A DNA stretch of 61,943 nucleotides, filler included, from Rhabdomonas costata (Eukaryota): assembly GCA_019059605.1 (NCBI GenBank). It is 25 parts of 25 records of this genome, joined end to end, with 100 filler letters (N's around TTAATTAATTAA, not from the genome) between each part and the next. Parts side by side here need not be neighbours in the genome. Positions count along the whole stretch, not along the records: positions 1 to 2,383 come from JAHMHO010003685.1; positions 2,484 to 4,867 come from JAHMHO010003686.1; positions 4,968 to 7,350 come from JAHMHO010003687.1; positions 7,451 to 9,833 come from JAHMHO010003688.1; positions 9,934 to 12,315 come from JAHMHO010003689.1; positions 12,416 to 14,800 come from JAHMHO010003690.1; 19 more parts are not named here. The stretch is one strand, 5' to 3'. Made by a program: the position numbers and the translations under genes. Below, piece after piece: positions 1 to 13,660 of the stretch. The stretch's first letter is position 1. Every line of letters begins with the position of its first letter. The notes under the pieces were generated by a model, which searched no databases, was not told the origin of the DNA, and saw only the letters and a list, made by a program, of their open reading frames with translations.

Positions 1-712
1 GGTGTGGGGGTAGGGAAACTTTTGCCGGAAGAGCGTCGCGTTTTTGTTGGACGATCCATTAAAGACAGAGTACTCGTGGTTCCCTGTGAGAAAACAGTCG
101 ATTCATACATTTGGAAGGGGTTGCACGCTGCTGCTTCTTGGGCTGCTGGTTGGGTTTCCCGTGAGCGCTGAAGGCTCCAGGATCGTCACCTGCTCGTGAT
201 GATGACTGTAGCCGCAGATTGTGGATTGCGTTTGGGAAGGCTCCGTTGCGGCTACGACTATACTACGTCACTTCTGTTGTTTTTTGTTGCTTTGTACAAC
301 AGTTTCGTGAAGGTTCGAGTGTGGGTTCCTGTACCGCTGCTTCCATTCCAGTGCCTCCTACACCAGATGTGTCGGTCTCCTGTTTGCACCATGCGGTTGC
401 GGTTGTGTGTTTGGTGCCCACGTGCGTGTATCTGGCTCTGCTGCGTTACTGGACTTTGAGTGGCATGGAAAACTGCGAATCCGAGGGTGATGTTCTGGGC
501 GGAGCTTTATGTTCATCTGCTTCGGTTTGTCTGAGGATGGGAACTGGGTGTTCTTTGAGCAGTGCGCGCCCGTCGTGTTTCGTGGCGCTAAGTTGGCGCT
601 AGTTTAGTGCTTGAGTCTGTGAAGGTGCGTCTTAGTTAGGTTTGTTATTGAATTGCGTGTGTTGGGATGTGATGTGATGTGGGTGGCAGTGTATCCCTTG
701 TTCCTAGCACAC

Positions 713-2357
713 CCATGCAAGCCATATAGGGGATCTGCGAAAGGAACTGCTGGACGTACGGCGCCTCCTTGGGGTTGAAGAACTCGTCGTACCAAAAGTA
801 CTCCGTGCCCCCCTTTTCCACCAAGTCCCCGGACACCAGGGCAAAGGTGCCGAACGAGGGAGTGGCCTCCACCATCGAAAGCATCTGAATGGCCTGAGCA
901 AAACACAAGAAGGTTCATTCATCAGCATGAAGGTACCATACCAGGAGACGGTCTTGACCACAAGGAGAATCTCCGCATCGTGCCAAAAGCTTCAACGGAA
1001 TCCAGAGGTGAGACGGAAAGGCGTGCACCAGTTATCAGGGATCTTGAAAACTATTGTTGGGGAGGGGGGCGGGAGCCCGGCACCAGTGGTAAAGAAAAGA
1101 TCACGGGTTTAGAACGAAGCAAGCTTGTATCGAGCAGAAGACTTAAAGCCGGGTTAGGTGGAGCGCGGTTCCCCACAAACCCCAATGAAAGAACTGGCTT
1201 GAGGGCTGAGGGCTGAGGGGAGCACACGCAGACGTGAGGGTTGGTTACAACATGTCAAGGTCAAGTCCTGCATACTCCAGATTGGTAAGGTGGAGATAAA
1301 AAACCCAGCATTCGACGACAATACCAAACAAACCTGCACCTTCGTGGAGATACGTGGGGACGATCGGGGATCAGGTTTTCGGCTGTGGTGGGATATACCC
1401 ATTTCGGCCTGGAGCCAGACGCCTTTCTCAGAGGCCTTTCTCAAGGTCGTTCGGGGGCTCGGCCTCTGAACTGTACCCCGCTCTCTGGGGCCGAGTCTCC
1501 GCAGGTTTGGCGGCAGCGGTTGGGCGCGAACTTGGCTGGGCAGTGTTGGGTTGCCTTCCTTGTGAATGCTAGAATCTACACTAGAGGTGTGTTTCGGTAG
1601 AGGTTACCCCCGTCCACATCTTCGCCATGTGTGCTCGGTCCCCAGACACACCTTTTTGCACACCTCATTGAAGCACTGAGCTGGATGCGTGTTCCTGTTG
1701 CCCACCCGACTATGACCCTTACCTCCAATCGGTGTCGCTTATTGCCGTTTTTCTCCATCACCCACTTGTCCTTTGTAAACTTTATGTGGCTGTCTTGCGG
1801 TACCTTGTGCGTCCTTCCTCTTCCTCGCCCCGCCATCCCTGCCTTTGCCCTCTTCCGGTTTCCGGTCCCGTTCCGTTCCACATTTGCCTGTTTTTTTTTA
1901 GTCTCTGCGTTGTGACACAGTACCGTGATTTAGCCCCCCAGAAACCAATGTTTTCATCATCTCCTCGCCAGAGAACAGTACCGAAGCAAGGGGAGGGGAG
2001 CCAGCGCAATCGAAAAAGCTTAGAATTCAAAAGAACCAGTTTGTTGTGGGTTTCAGGATGCGAGCGGGTGTCCCCGTACGCGAAGAACCGCACACTCGAC
2101 GGTGCAGTGGCCGTGCTGGTGGTGTCCGGAGGCGAAAGGAAGGAGCTCGACACCGACACCCCGTCGCACGCCACGGTGTAGTTGTAGGCCGCCTGAGCCT
2201 CCAACTGGCACAGATCCACAGTGTGACGGTGGGTATCGTTGTTGATGTTGGTCTCCGTGCTGGTCAGGGAGTTCGCCAGAGGGGAGGTGGTACCCCACCA
2301 TATAGAAAACAGGTGGGGAAATGCAGGCGGTTTTGGTCTACAGGTCGTATTGGAATC
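713..2357 (-). CDS. Metallophosphoesterase (purple acid phosphatase-like, FN3-type N-terminal domain), partial; exons ~2357-2037 and 893-713
   Basis: Spliced reading ...WWGTT...HTVDLCQLEAQAAYNYTV...VRFFAYGDTRSHPETHNKL|AIQML...ALVSGDLVEKG...IPYMACMG contains the GD, GDL and G(NH) calcineurin-like motifs. GTTCTT donor at 2036 and CAG acceptor before 893 are in phase. The 5' exon boundary is approximate. Confidence 0.85.
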
Positions 2358-2383
2358 CTGCTCGTGGAGTAGACAACCACAAC

Positions 2384-2483
2384 NNNNNNNNNNNNNNNNN
2401 NNNNNNNNNNNNNNNNNNNNNNNNNNNTTAATTAATTAANNNNNNNNNNNNNNNNNNNNNNNNNNNNNNNNNNNNNNNNNNNN
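2384..2483. other. Artificial contig spacer (44N-TTAATTAATTAA-44N), first of 24
   Basis: Identical 100-nt spacers with stops in all six frames also start at 4868, 7351, 9834, 12316, 14801, 17284, 19764, 22246, 24729, 27212, 29695, 32175, 34656, 37138, 39620, 42101, 44582, 47063, 49543, 52024, 54504, 56985 and 59465. Confidence 0.99.
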
Positions 2484-2613
2484 AGGTGCAGAAAAGAACG
2501 AAAATTATTCGGTATAATTTCAATCTTTTTCGGCTGTGCGAAGCTGCAGCTTCTATCCCCCCGGATCGGGAACCGCTCACTTCGTTAACTGCGTGGTGTG
2601 CCGGTAATGTTTA

Positions 2614-4776
<2,163 letters not shown>

Positions 4777-4983
4777 CTACAGAAAAATTCGATTTTGGAA
4801 CTAAAGAACCGAAAGGAGCCTCCAAGCAGACAACACATCCCTTCCCTCTCTCCTCACCCCCCACAACNNNNNNNNNNNNNNNNNNNNNNNNNNNNNNNNN
4901 NNNNNNNNNNNTTAATTAATTAANNNNNNNNNNNNNNNNNNNNNNNNNNNNNNNNNNNNNNNNNNNNGGTTGGTGTGGCAGAC

Positions 4984-7056
4984 CTGGCCCGAGGCGGCGG
5001 CCTCCACGGCATTGCCGATGCTCACCAGAGGTCGGCCGGCGAGGAGGTACAGGCTGCGGCCACCGCTTTCGATGAGAAAGCCTGATGATGTGTTGGTTTG
5101 AGTCAGGGAGATTGTGCCTCACTGGGGTTCACACGGCGCGTTTCATCTAAAAAGAATTTATGCTGGAAACATCAAACGCAAAACCCCGGGGAAGTCAACG
5201 AACGATTGCTTTCAGTTTCGCAAACAATATCAGCAAAAGGTTTGTGTGATTAAAAAGAGGAAAGCAGAAACACAGTGAGGAAAGGAGCGTGCTCGAAAAG
5301 GAAGCGCCCTGCCTTATCTAAGATACCCCCAGGGATCCCACAGATAAACACGGGCTTACAAAATGATTCTTCCGTCCATTATTGTGAGTACCTCATACCA
5401 AAAAATTGAGCCATATGCCACAACGTTGTAATATACAAGGTCAAGGAACCTCACCTACGACACGCGCAAGGAACTGGAGGACGAAGATGAGGTGATATTC
5501 CAGCCGAAGTAGCACGAATCTTTGTGTCTACTGGCTGCGAGGGGGAGGAGGGCGAGAACGGTGTGGTGGAATATCCACACTGGAACACTGGAACCATTTG
5601 CGCCCCAGCGAACACTCAATAGTGGGAAAGCAGACGTTTGGGAAACCTGGCGGAGACGGATCGCGCCCATTGTCCGTTTGTTCTGTCGTTGCACCATCGT
5701 GTTGTACAATTGTGCCCAGCTCACTACGGCGCAGGAAAATTTCAGCGTTAATTTTAAGGCGCGAGATTTCCTCCTCACTTTGCCTTATTTCTATGGCATA
5801 CCCAGGAAGCTGCCGTAGTCCAGCCCAGCGTGGATCTTCAGAATAATTCCGGTACCGGGCACCCGGTACTTGCTGAACTTCTCCTGCAGCTTCAGCACGC
5901 ACTGCGTGGCGCGAAGCAGGGGTGCCCTCTGCGTGTCCTTTGCAGGGTGGTACTCCCAAAGAGCCAAGAAGGCGTCCCCGGCGAAGGCCACAATGTCTCC
6001 GTCCGCGGCGTACACCACCTCAATCAAGCAGGTGAGGTAGTCATTGATGTACTGCGAAAAAAGCAGAAGCGAACAAGGACGCTTCGGAACAGCTCTGCAA
6101 GTTCAGACTGACTGGCTGTCTCAGTAAAACCCGCAAAGTCTGACAAACAGAGGATCAGAGTTAGATAGTAATACACAAAAAAAAAACTACGCCCACCTTA
6201 GACATCAGCATCGCCCCTTTGGCGCCTTGGTTGGCCAAAGCATTGGCCAGAGCGCTGAAGCCGCTGATGTCCACGAAGGCAATCGCACCCTCCACTTGGG
6301 TGCAGTCCTTTGGAAGGGAAATAAAAACGAGATTAAATGGGAAGGATAATCGCGAGGAGAACAGGGGTGGGGTGAAGAGGTGAGCTGCAAATGACTAAGT
6401 ATGTGGCAGGGGATGGAATAGGATTTATGGAAAAGGTGTAGGCTGGTCCCCATAGGATGGTATGCATAAAGATGGATGACCTTGACTTCGCAAGGGGGAG
6501 GGGGGTGCCAAAGTTTTCTCTGGTAACAGTTTAAGCCGGTCCTAGTATCATTACACATATAAGTTGAGGCGAATGCAGTGAAACATTCATACAGCGAACC
6601 CCACAACGAACGTTACGCCATCAGCCAAAGCCATCGTCAAAAAAATCCCGAAGATAATTACAAATGCAGTTAGAATTGCCGCAACCCTAGACGAGCCGGC
6701 ACCCCAGCCGGCTCACAAAGCTGAGCCATTCCGAACGAGATGCCCCAGAACCATTGGCCTGCAGCGTTCCAGGATCCAAGAAATGCTGGACCTTGAAGAA
6801 AGACCTTGGGCCTGGCACACCCCCCCTCCCCCCGAGTCCACCAAAATCTGGGGAGCACAAGGAAACAAATCACTCAAAAGTCAAAAGACTCGGCGCAGAG
6901 GAAAGCAACAGGAACGGGACGTGGGGATACCTTGTCGACGGAAAGCACCTGGTGTCTTAGGCAGCGAGGCTGAAACGGCAGCAGAAACCTCCACCGCGGG
7001 TCCACGGGCTTCTCAGGCGCGTGCTGCAGCTCGGCGCGCACGTCGTCGATAATGTG
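4984..7056 (-). CDS. Soluble adenylate cyclase ADCY10-like class III cyclase domain, partial; exons 7056-6949, 6307-6197, 6051-5802, 5081-~4984
   Basis: Motifs AFVDISGFSAL, YINDYLTCLIEVV..DGDIVAFAGDAFL, LKIHAGLDYG and YLLAGRPLVSIGNAVEAAASGQ match the sAC-type C1 domain. GT-AG junctions are in phase. A further exon near 6715-6790 is possible. Confidence 0.88.
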
Positions 7057-7702
7057 CTGCGCAAAAATGAGGTCGGGGTGCAAATCATGGCAATGCAATA
7101 CGGGGTATCGAAGCACCGCAGTTTCTGTCCGCAGTAATATCGCGTTTCCTAGGATGACCCAGAAATCAGAAGGAAAAAACGTCACTCCCAGAAAAAAAAC
7201 AGGAAAGCAAACCATCCAAATCCAAACTTTACAACGATTAGAGCATCGCTTGCTCTCACACACTTGATCCTGATCAAACTGGTATGGATACAAATATTGC
7301 CAGCGTGAAAAGGCCACAAAAAAAGGGGAATTTTTTTTTGCCCCCAACACNNNNNNNNNNNNNNNNNNNNNNNNNNNNNNNNNNNNNNNNNNNNTTAATT
7401 AATTAANNNNNNNNNNNNNNNNNNNNNNNNNNNNNNNNNNNNNNNNNNNNGGGGTTGGGGGTTGCGCACAGCAATCGCGCTCAGGCATGGGGGTGGTTAG
7501 GCAGCGGTGAGAGAAATGGTGAATGCTAGCATATTGACCGGTGCCTCTAGATGACTGTGAACAATGGAGACGCATAAGGAAACATGTCGCACTCATGGTT
7601 GTTTGCATCAAGTCCGGGGATAGGCCTCTCTCTTCTCTCCTTTTTTCCGCCTCTTCTGCGAGGCTCCATCTCTACTTCTACTGGCTGGTGTCCTTCTCCC
7701 AG

Positions 7703-9622
7703 CGAGAGAAGGAGAAAGCCGTTGCGGAGGTCCGTGAGCTGACGTCGAGGTTGCAGCAAGTGGAGACCTTGCGGGGCCACGTGGAGGGGATGCAGTGTGA
7801 CCTGCAGAAGCAGCTCGCCGAGAGGGACCGGGAGCTCAGCGAGCTGAAGTCGCGCCTGGCCTCCTCACAGGCCGCACAGGCGTGTGTAAAAGGGCACCAA
7901 GGGCGGAAGGGTGCGGCTGTTATGGTAAAGAAAGCAAAGTTCGATTACAATCATTATCATGACAACAAATATCAATAGAACGATAGACAGCGATAGCGCT
8001 GGCAATATATCACAAAAAAACATATCACAAAATGAGGAGGAAGTCAAGGGAGGTGAGAGAAAAGCAGTGACGCAGGACCCAACCAAGGCATGGGTGGCAA
8101 TCTACATGTAAGGAAAGATGTGATTTTGAGAGGAAACTCAGCTGGGCTTTTTTTTTTGGTAAAGTTCATGTTCGCCTGAGTTGTCAAGACCATCATTCGC
8201 GGTACCCCGCTTGATGCGCTTACCTGTGTATCTGTCCAAAATGACCTGCCCTTTGAGACGGACACGCAGGCTGAATCAAAATAGGTGCATTTGTTTCATG
8301 TGCAGTGTGGCGCTTCTTGAGAAAGGGACTTCCCTTCAGCCGCAACCGTGACACTGAAAAGCCCCTCTCTCTTGCAAACCATTGCATAGGGTCAGCTCTC
8401 GAAGGCCCTGGAGGGGGAAAAGGTGGCTCACGCCAAAACCAACGCGCAGCTCCTCAGTACCGCCGCTCAGTTAGAGGAGACACAGGTGCCCTCCCCTGTT
8501 TTGGATATTGGAAATGGGGGACTCTTTCTACACCGGTCTTTTTGTTGGTGCAGTTTAGATCGGATCTATGAGAGCTGGACGCCCTTTTAAGGGCGTAGAA
8601 AATGGAAAGGGCACCATCAACGCACATACAAGGGACGCAAAGGACGCGAAATTTGAGACGTTGGTGCATGTTCTGCAGCATGTGAGAGGAAGGTTCTACC
8701 ATCGCCTCGGCGAAAGGTCGACTTATGTTGGGGCTGATTTATTTCTGTATCTTTCACTTCCACAGCTTCTCAAGCAGAAGGCCGAGGGGTGCATGCAGGC
8801 GCTTTCCGGTAGGCTGACCCAGCTGCAGAAGTCGGTGCTGCAATCCTCGAACTCCTCGGAAAGCATCGTCATTGAGCAGATCAACGACGAGAGTGAGTCT
8901 CTGAAAACCCAGCTGAGCAGCTTGGAGAGGAAGCAGGTTCTTCGCAATGCCCTGCGGTGCTGGTGTGGTGCTCGGGATTGGCCCTTGCTGCCTTGGAGGA
9001 CGGTCAAGTTATGGACAAATGTTAGTGCTGGAGTGAAACCACCCTGCTTTCTGAATGTGTTGGTCCGCTGTTTGTCTTCACTGTGAGCTTCCGAATGAAG
9101 TTACAGGTTGAGCAGGTGATATTTTAACTGTGTACATAAAGGAAGCCTCTTTGACAATAAATAGCCGAAACGGAGGAGCCGAAAAGTTCATTATAATTTC
9201 GAAGGACATCAGAAACAGGAAGCGCTCCAAGAAGGCATGCAGTGATGCATTCATTTTGCTCATTGCCCTGACCTAAATTGCGAGGGAATGATCTGATGCC
9301 CACACTTCATTGATTGCCCCCCCCCTGTCTTGTCTCGTATTAGCAAGGTATGCTTTCTGGTTATAGCTTAGTAGGGCTCTCAGAGTCTGTTGTAAAACCA
9401 CGATCCAAAGGTTTATTTGACAAAACATAAAGGAAAGGGTTGCCTAACCTGGCTTCTCAACACTGTTTTCCAAGTACCAATACCTTCCTACAGCGGAAAG
9501 CAGAGCAGGCAGCAAAGGCTGATGCCGCCGCTCGTGCGGCGGCTGAAAAGGAGCGGGACGCGCTACGGCAGCAGCTCGAGAAGCTACAAGAGGCCTACGA
9601 CTCGATGAAGACCACCGCAGAC
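7703..9622 (+). CDS. Coiled-coil protein of unknown family, partial; exons 7703-7879, 8766-8936, 9494-9622
   Basis: Three E/K/Q/R/L-rich heptad-like exons, each preceded by a pyrimidine tract plus CAG, all phase 0 (177, 171 and 129 nt). Confidence 0.75.
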
Positions 9623-10044
9623 GTATGTGGGCTTTCGGAGGTTCCTGGGAGGAAGTGAAGTGCCACCGAAAAGATCACTGCCAGTGGAAGTTGCGATGAA
9701 GTCTTTCATCTCATTGGCGAAGTCCGCGCTGCTTCCCTTACGGGTTTTGTTTCCGACAGAGAATCTCTCACCATGATGCGTCGAAACGTTGGACTGGATA
9801 GATTCCGTTTCTGAGACGTTTGGGTTACTGCTGNNNNNNNNNNNNNNNNNNNNNNNNNNNNNNNNNNNNNNNNNNNNTTAATTAATTAANNNNNNNNNNN
9901 NNNNNNNNNNNNNNNNNNNNNNNNNNNNNNNNNTGTGCGCCTCGATGACTTGCGGGCAGGCGGACTGTTGCTCGGGGGTGTGTGTGTGTGTATATTTGTG
10001 TGTGAGCTGGCCCTGGAGTGAGCAGAAGGGGAACGTTCAAGAAC

Positions 10045-12128
10045 CCAAGGGTTCACCAACCCGGCAAGGGTGAGGTAGAAGCCGGGCAGGTCACCGACCG
10101 CCAGCTTCATGCTGGCATAACCTGCAAGGTTGCAAAAACACATAAAAATGTATACAACATACTACAACAGGACTTTCGAATACTCTCTCGCTGCCTCCCG
10201 GGTGAGGGAGGACACAGAGTTTCTTTCGCGCATTTTTGCGTATAAGCCTGGGACACGCGAAGCAGGCGGAGGGTCTTGGCTTGCAGTCTGATGAGCCGGC
10301 ACACTACGTCCGACAACAGTGCTATAGGACTCTCCGTGCGAGCACCCACAGGCTGCGCGCGCGGAGTGTGTGTTAGTGAGGTGAATGGGGTGAACTCTGA
10401 GTTGAGCAGCAGATGATAATTACTGGAGTGACTGGCGTGAGAGAGAGAGAGAGAGAGACAAAGCAGCGAAGAAGCTCGATTCTGAGACAAAAAGTCAACG
10501 GAAGGATGTACAGTTCTCTTCCGACTCAAAGAAAAAAAACGGACGGTGAAATTTCCCCACACCACCGCCAAAAATCTCTGTCCAAAACGTTTTGGACGAA
10601 AAGATCACGCCTATGTGACGGCTTAAAACGTTTGCCAACTAAAAAGCATCCACAGCGATTCATGTGATAGTCAATGGCATTGGTACGAGGGGTAGTGATG
10701 GAATGGAACGGGATGCGATCCGATAAGATGGATGGGATGGGATGAGATGAGATGGAGTTGGTCAAGAAAAGGCTGTGAGAGGTGTGCGTTCTGATCCACG
10801 GCGGAACGTGGAAGGGAGGAAAGGGGACGCCGCACCACGGCTTGAGGAAACGTCAGCCGCGATTTAGGTATTTCCAAGAGGTCCATCAAGCCTCCCCTCA
10901 CAAGCCGGATTCTTGCCACCCACAAACGATGACTTGATGGCAGCCACCCTACACACGACGCCTTGAGGGGGAAGGGAGGGCGTGAGGGAGGGCGTGAGGG
11001 AGTGGCGGGCTTGTAGCAAGGCCCCAAGCGGAGGCCAAGGGGCGTACCCTGGGAAAGGCCCTCCGTGGTGGTGCGAATCCTCAAGCACAGCACCAGCAGG
11101 GTGACCAGGAGCACGTCCCGGGTGTCCAAGGGGTGCAGCAGCGCAAACCACGCCTTCGCCATCCGGCACCCCGGCGCCACCACCCAAAGTACTGCGGGGA
11201 GGCACACATCACATTCAGAAATTCTCTTTCTTTTTTCACTCACCACCCATTTCACTGAATCGGAATGGACCGAAGTGAATGGAGGTCCATCTCACGGCGT
11301 GAAGAGTACTCCCCCGCACTGAAGGGAAAGATGTGGAAATAGTTTTGGCAAACGGAAAGCTAACGGAAGGGCTGGCTTAAGGGTCCTTCATCTGGGTTAA
11401 TAGCCCTCCATTACGGCCCTCCACTTTTAATGGGCACCATGACTGAGGGAGATGCGCAAGCCTCCTGTGAATCCGATCAGCACAAAGGCACAAAGGGGTT
11501 TGTGGGAGAGAATCAACGGTCTCTCTTGCCGCTGTGAGGAACTGCCTTGCTACAGCTTGAATGCATCTCTGGAGGTCTCGCTCGCCAGGCAGAAGACACC
11601 GGGAAGTGCTTCACGAAACCGACAAGAAGAATACGGAGGAGAAGAATGGAGACGGACGAAGGAGAGAATGCTCGCGTGGCTATTTTTTGGCGTCTTGACG
11701 AGTTCATTCCAGACGTTTTGAATCGGGTCCCTGCAAAGGACCTGGAACCACGCTTATGCGTCTGAAGATTAAGCTTTAGGCCAGGACTGCTTAACGTATG
11801 TACTGCCCCCGCATTACTTCACTACCGGTCTGTGGTCTCTGGTTGCCTTCATGATGGCAATATGCGTTTGACCTCTTTTTCGGGGGGTTCCAGCAATTCA
11901 CTGGCCTAGAGCGACAGTGTTTAGACCTCTCCCGAGGCTGCATCGCAAGCTAGGACCATTTGGGTGTTTTTTTTTCGGTTGGGATGGGGTGGCGGGGACA
12001 TGCCGAGGATTCCGGCCCACTTCAGCAGCGGCACCACCACCACAAGGGCCAGCGTGAGGGTCCCCAAGACGCGCCCAGCGGGCTCGTGGAAGAGGTCCTG
12101 ATACAAGCCCCCCATAAGGTGTCTTCTT
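10045..12128 (-). CDS. Paraquat-inducible protein A (PqiA)-like membrane protein, partial; exons 12128-12004, 11191-11048, 10321-10259 (tentative), 10121-10045
   Basis: Reads GLYQDLF..GRVLGTLTLALVVVVPLLKWAGILVLW...LDTRDVLLVTLLV...AVGDLPGFY. This resembles the recalled PqiA pattern FSVVxPxLK / WSMxDVxxVxLLV / PGxGFY. The phase-1 junctions agree. Confidence 0.62.
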
Positions 12129-12784
12129 CTGACCACACACACACACACACACGACACGCAAAAGACAGGCCCTGAACGCGAACCGTTTCACCCGAACCCT
12201 GAGCCCCAACCCTGAAACCCTACCCTCATCTCCCAACACCTACAACACTCATCTCCCAACTCCGAGCCCCGTGGAGAGAGGGACTCACTACTACTACGAT
12301 CATCTTCATCTTCCGNNNNNNNNNNNNNNNNNNNNNNNNNNNNNNNNNNNNNNNNNNNNTTAATTAATTAANNNNNNNNNNNNNNNNNNNNNNNNNNNNN
12401 NNNNNNNNNNNNNNNGTGTGCCAACCTGTGGTGTACGTCAATGGCTCGCCCTTTACCACTTGGTTCAACGTCAGCACGTACGCTTGAGCAACCTGTGCCG
12501 TTCACGTACAGCCTTCGTATCGCCATCTCCCAGTGGCCTTCTACTTGCTTACTTTAGCGTTGCCTCATGTGCGTGGGGGCGTCTGGATTCCAGCCTGCCA
12601 GTTCCATTCGCATGCATGGGTCGTAGTTCAACACAGTAGGAATCACGGCCTCACATGTGGGTCTCACATGCTGCCAGCGTAGCGGTGGGTTCACGTGTCC
12701 GTAGAGAGGTGGTTTCACTCATGATTTCAGTTTGATATGGCAGTCTCAGTAAAGCTTCCAGGGTCTTCTCGGCCTTCCCGTTTG

Positions 12785-13660
12785 GAGATCCCGAAGGAAA
12801 TCCGCGAATCCGAATACCGACACCAACTCCGAAGAGTGAACCCGAAGACCAAACCCAAATACCCAAACACCCGAAGCACTCAAACCCCCGACTCGCGAGC
12901 ACTAACACAGAAGGCCTCGAATACCGAACTCAGAACCCAACTCCTGACCCCAAAGACCGAATACCTAACCCCGAACCCCGAATGCCAACTCCGAACCCGA
13001 ATACCTGAATACCTGAACTCAGAAACCAAACCCCAAAGTCCAAAAGACAAAAACACGAAACCTTAAAACCAAAGACCGAAATCAAAAACCCCAACGGAAA
13101 TTGAAACCCGACCCTGAGGATGCCCGCAAGGTGAGAATGCATACCCTACCTACGGTGTACCCGATACCCTACCCTATTCCGGGTGCCCGCTACGCGACCA
13201 CCCTCCATACCCTCAAAATACCCCAGCCTACCCTCGGGACGCAAGGGCACTTGAACCCACCTACCTGCATTGAATACCCTGATGGTAAAATACTCTATGT
13301 AAAAGCGAAGATGAGAGATGTGAGGGTAAGGGTACCTGGGGGTATCTGGGGGGCTCCTGGGGGTAAGAAAGAGAGAGAGTACCTACCCCTCCCGGGGGGC
13401 TGAAAGTGGAGATGCAGGGGGGATAGACATACTTGCAGCAGATATGGGCTAGTGGGTATGGGGCCCCCCTCGCAGGGGCGTATGTTGGCAGGTCGCATAC
13501 TCGCTGATGCTCGTATGCTCCCTAAATGCTGAACCCCGAAGAGAGAACCCCGAATACAGAAGACCAAATACCAAATACCGAACCCAAACTCCGAATCCAA
13601 ACCCCAAAGACCAAAAGGCAAAACCCAAACACCAAAGACCGAAATCCAAACCCAAGTGAG
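12785..13660. repeat. Degenerate 6-8 nt A/C-rich satellite (CCGAAxx/CCAAAxx units) in two blocks, ~12785-13115 and ~13525-13660
   Basis: Recurrent ccgaa/ccaaa/cctgaa words with strong strand asymmetry. Overlapping ORFs are low-complexity P/K/T or F/G/W readings. Confidence 0.7.

Noticed and set aside
2305-2363. Possible euglenid-type non-conventional intron (GAGCAGG...CCTGTTTTC end pairing, minus strand)
   Set aside because: The pairing is only 7 bp with wobbles, the frame is open without splicing, and the site abuts the unreliable contig end.
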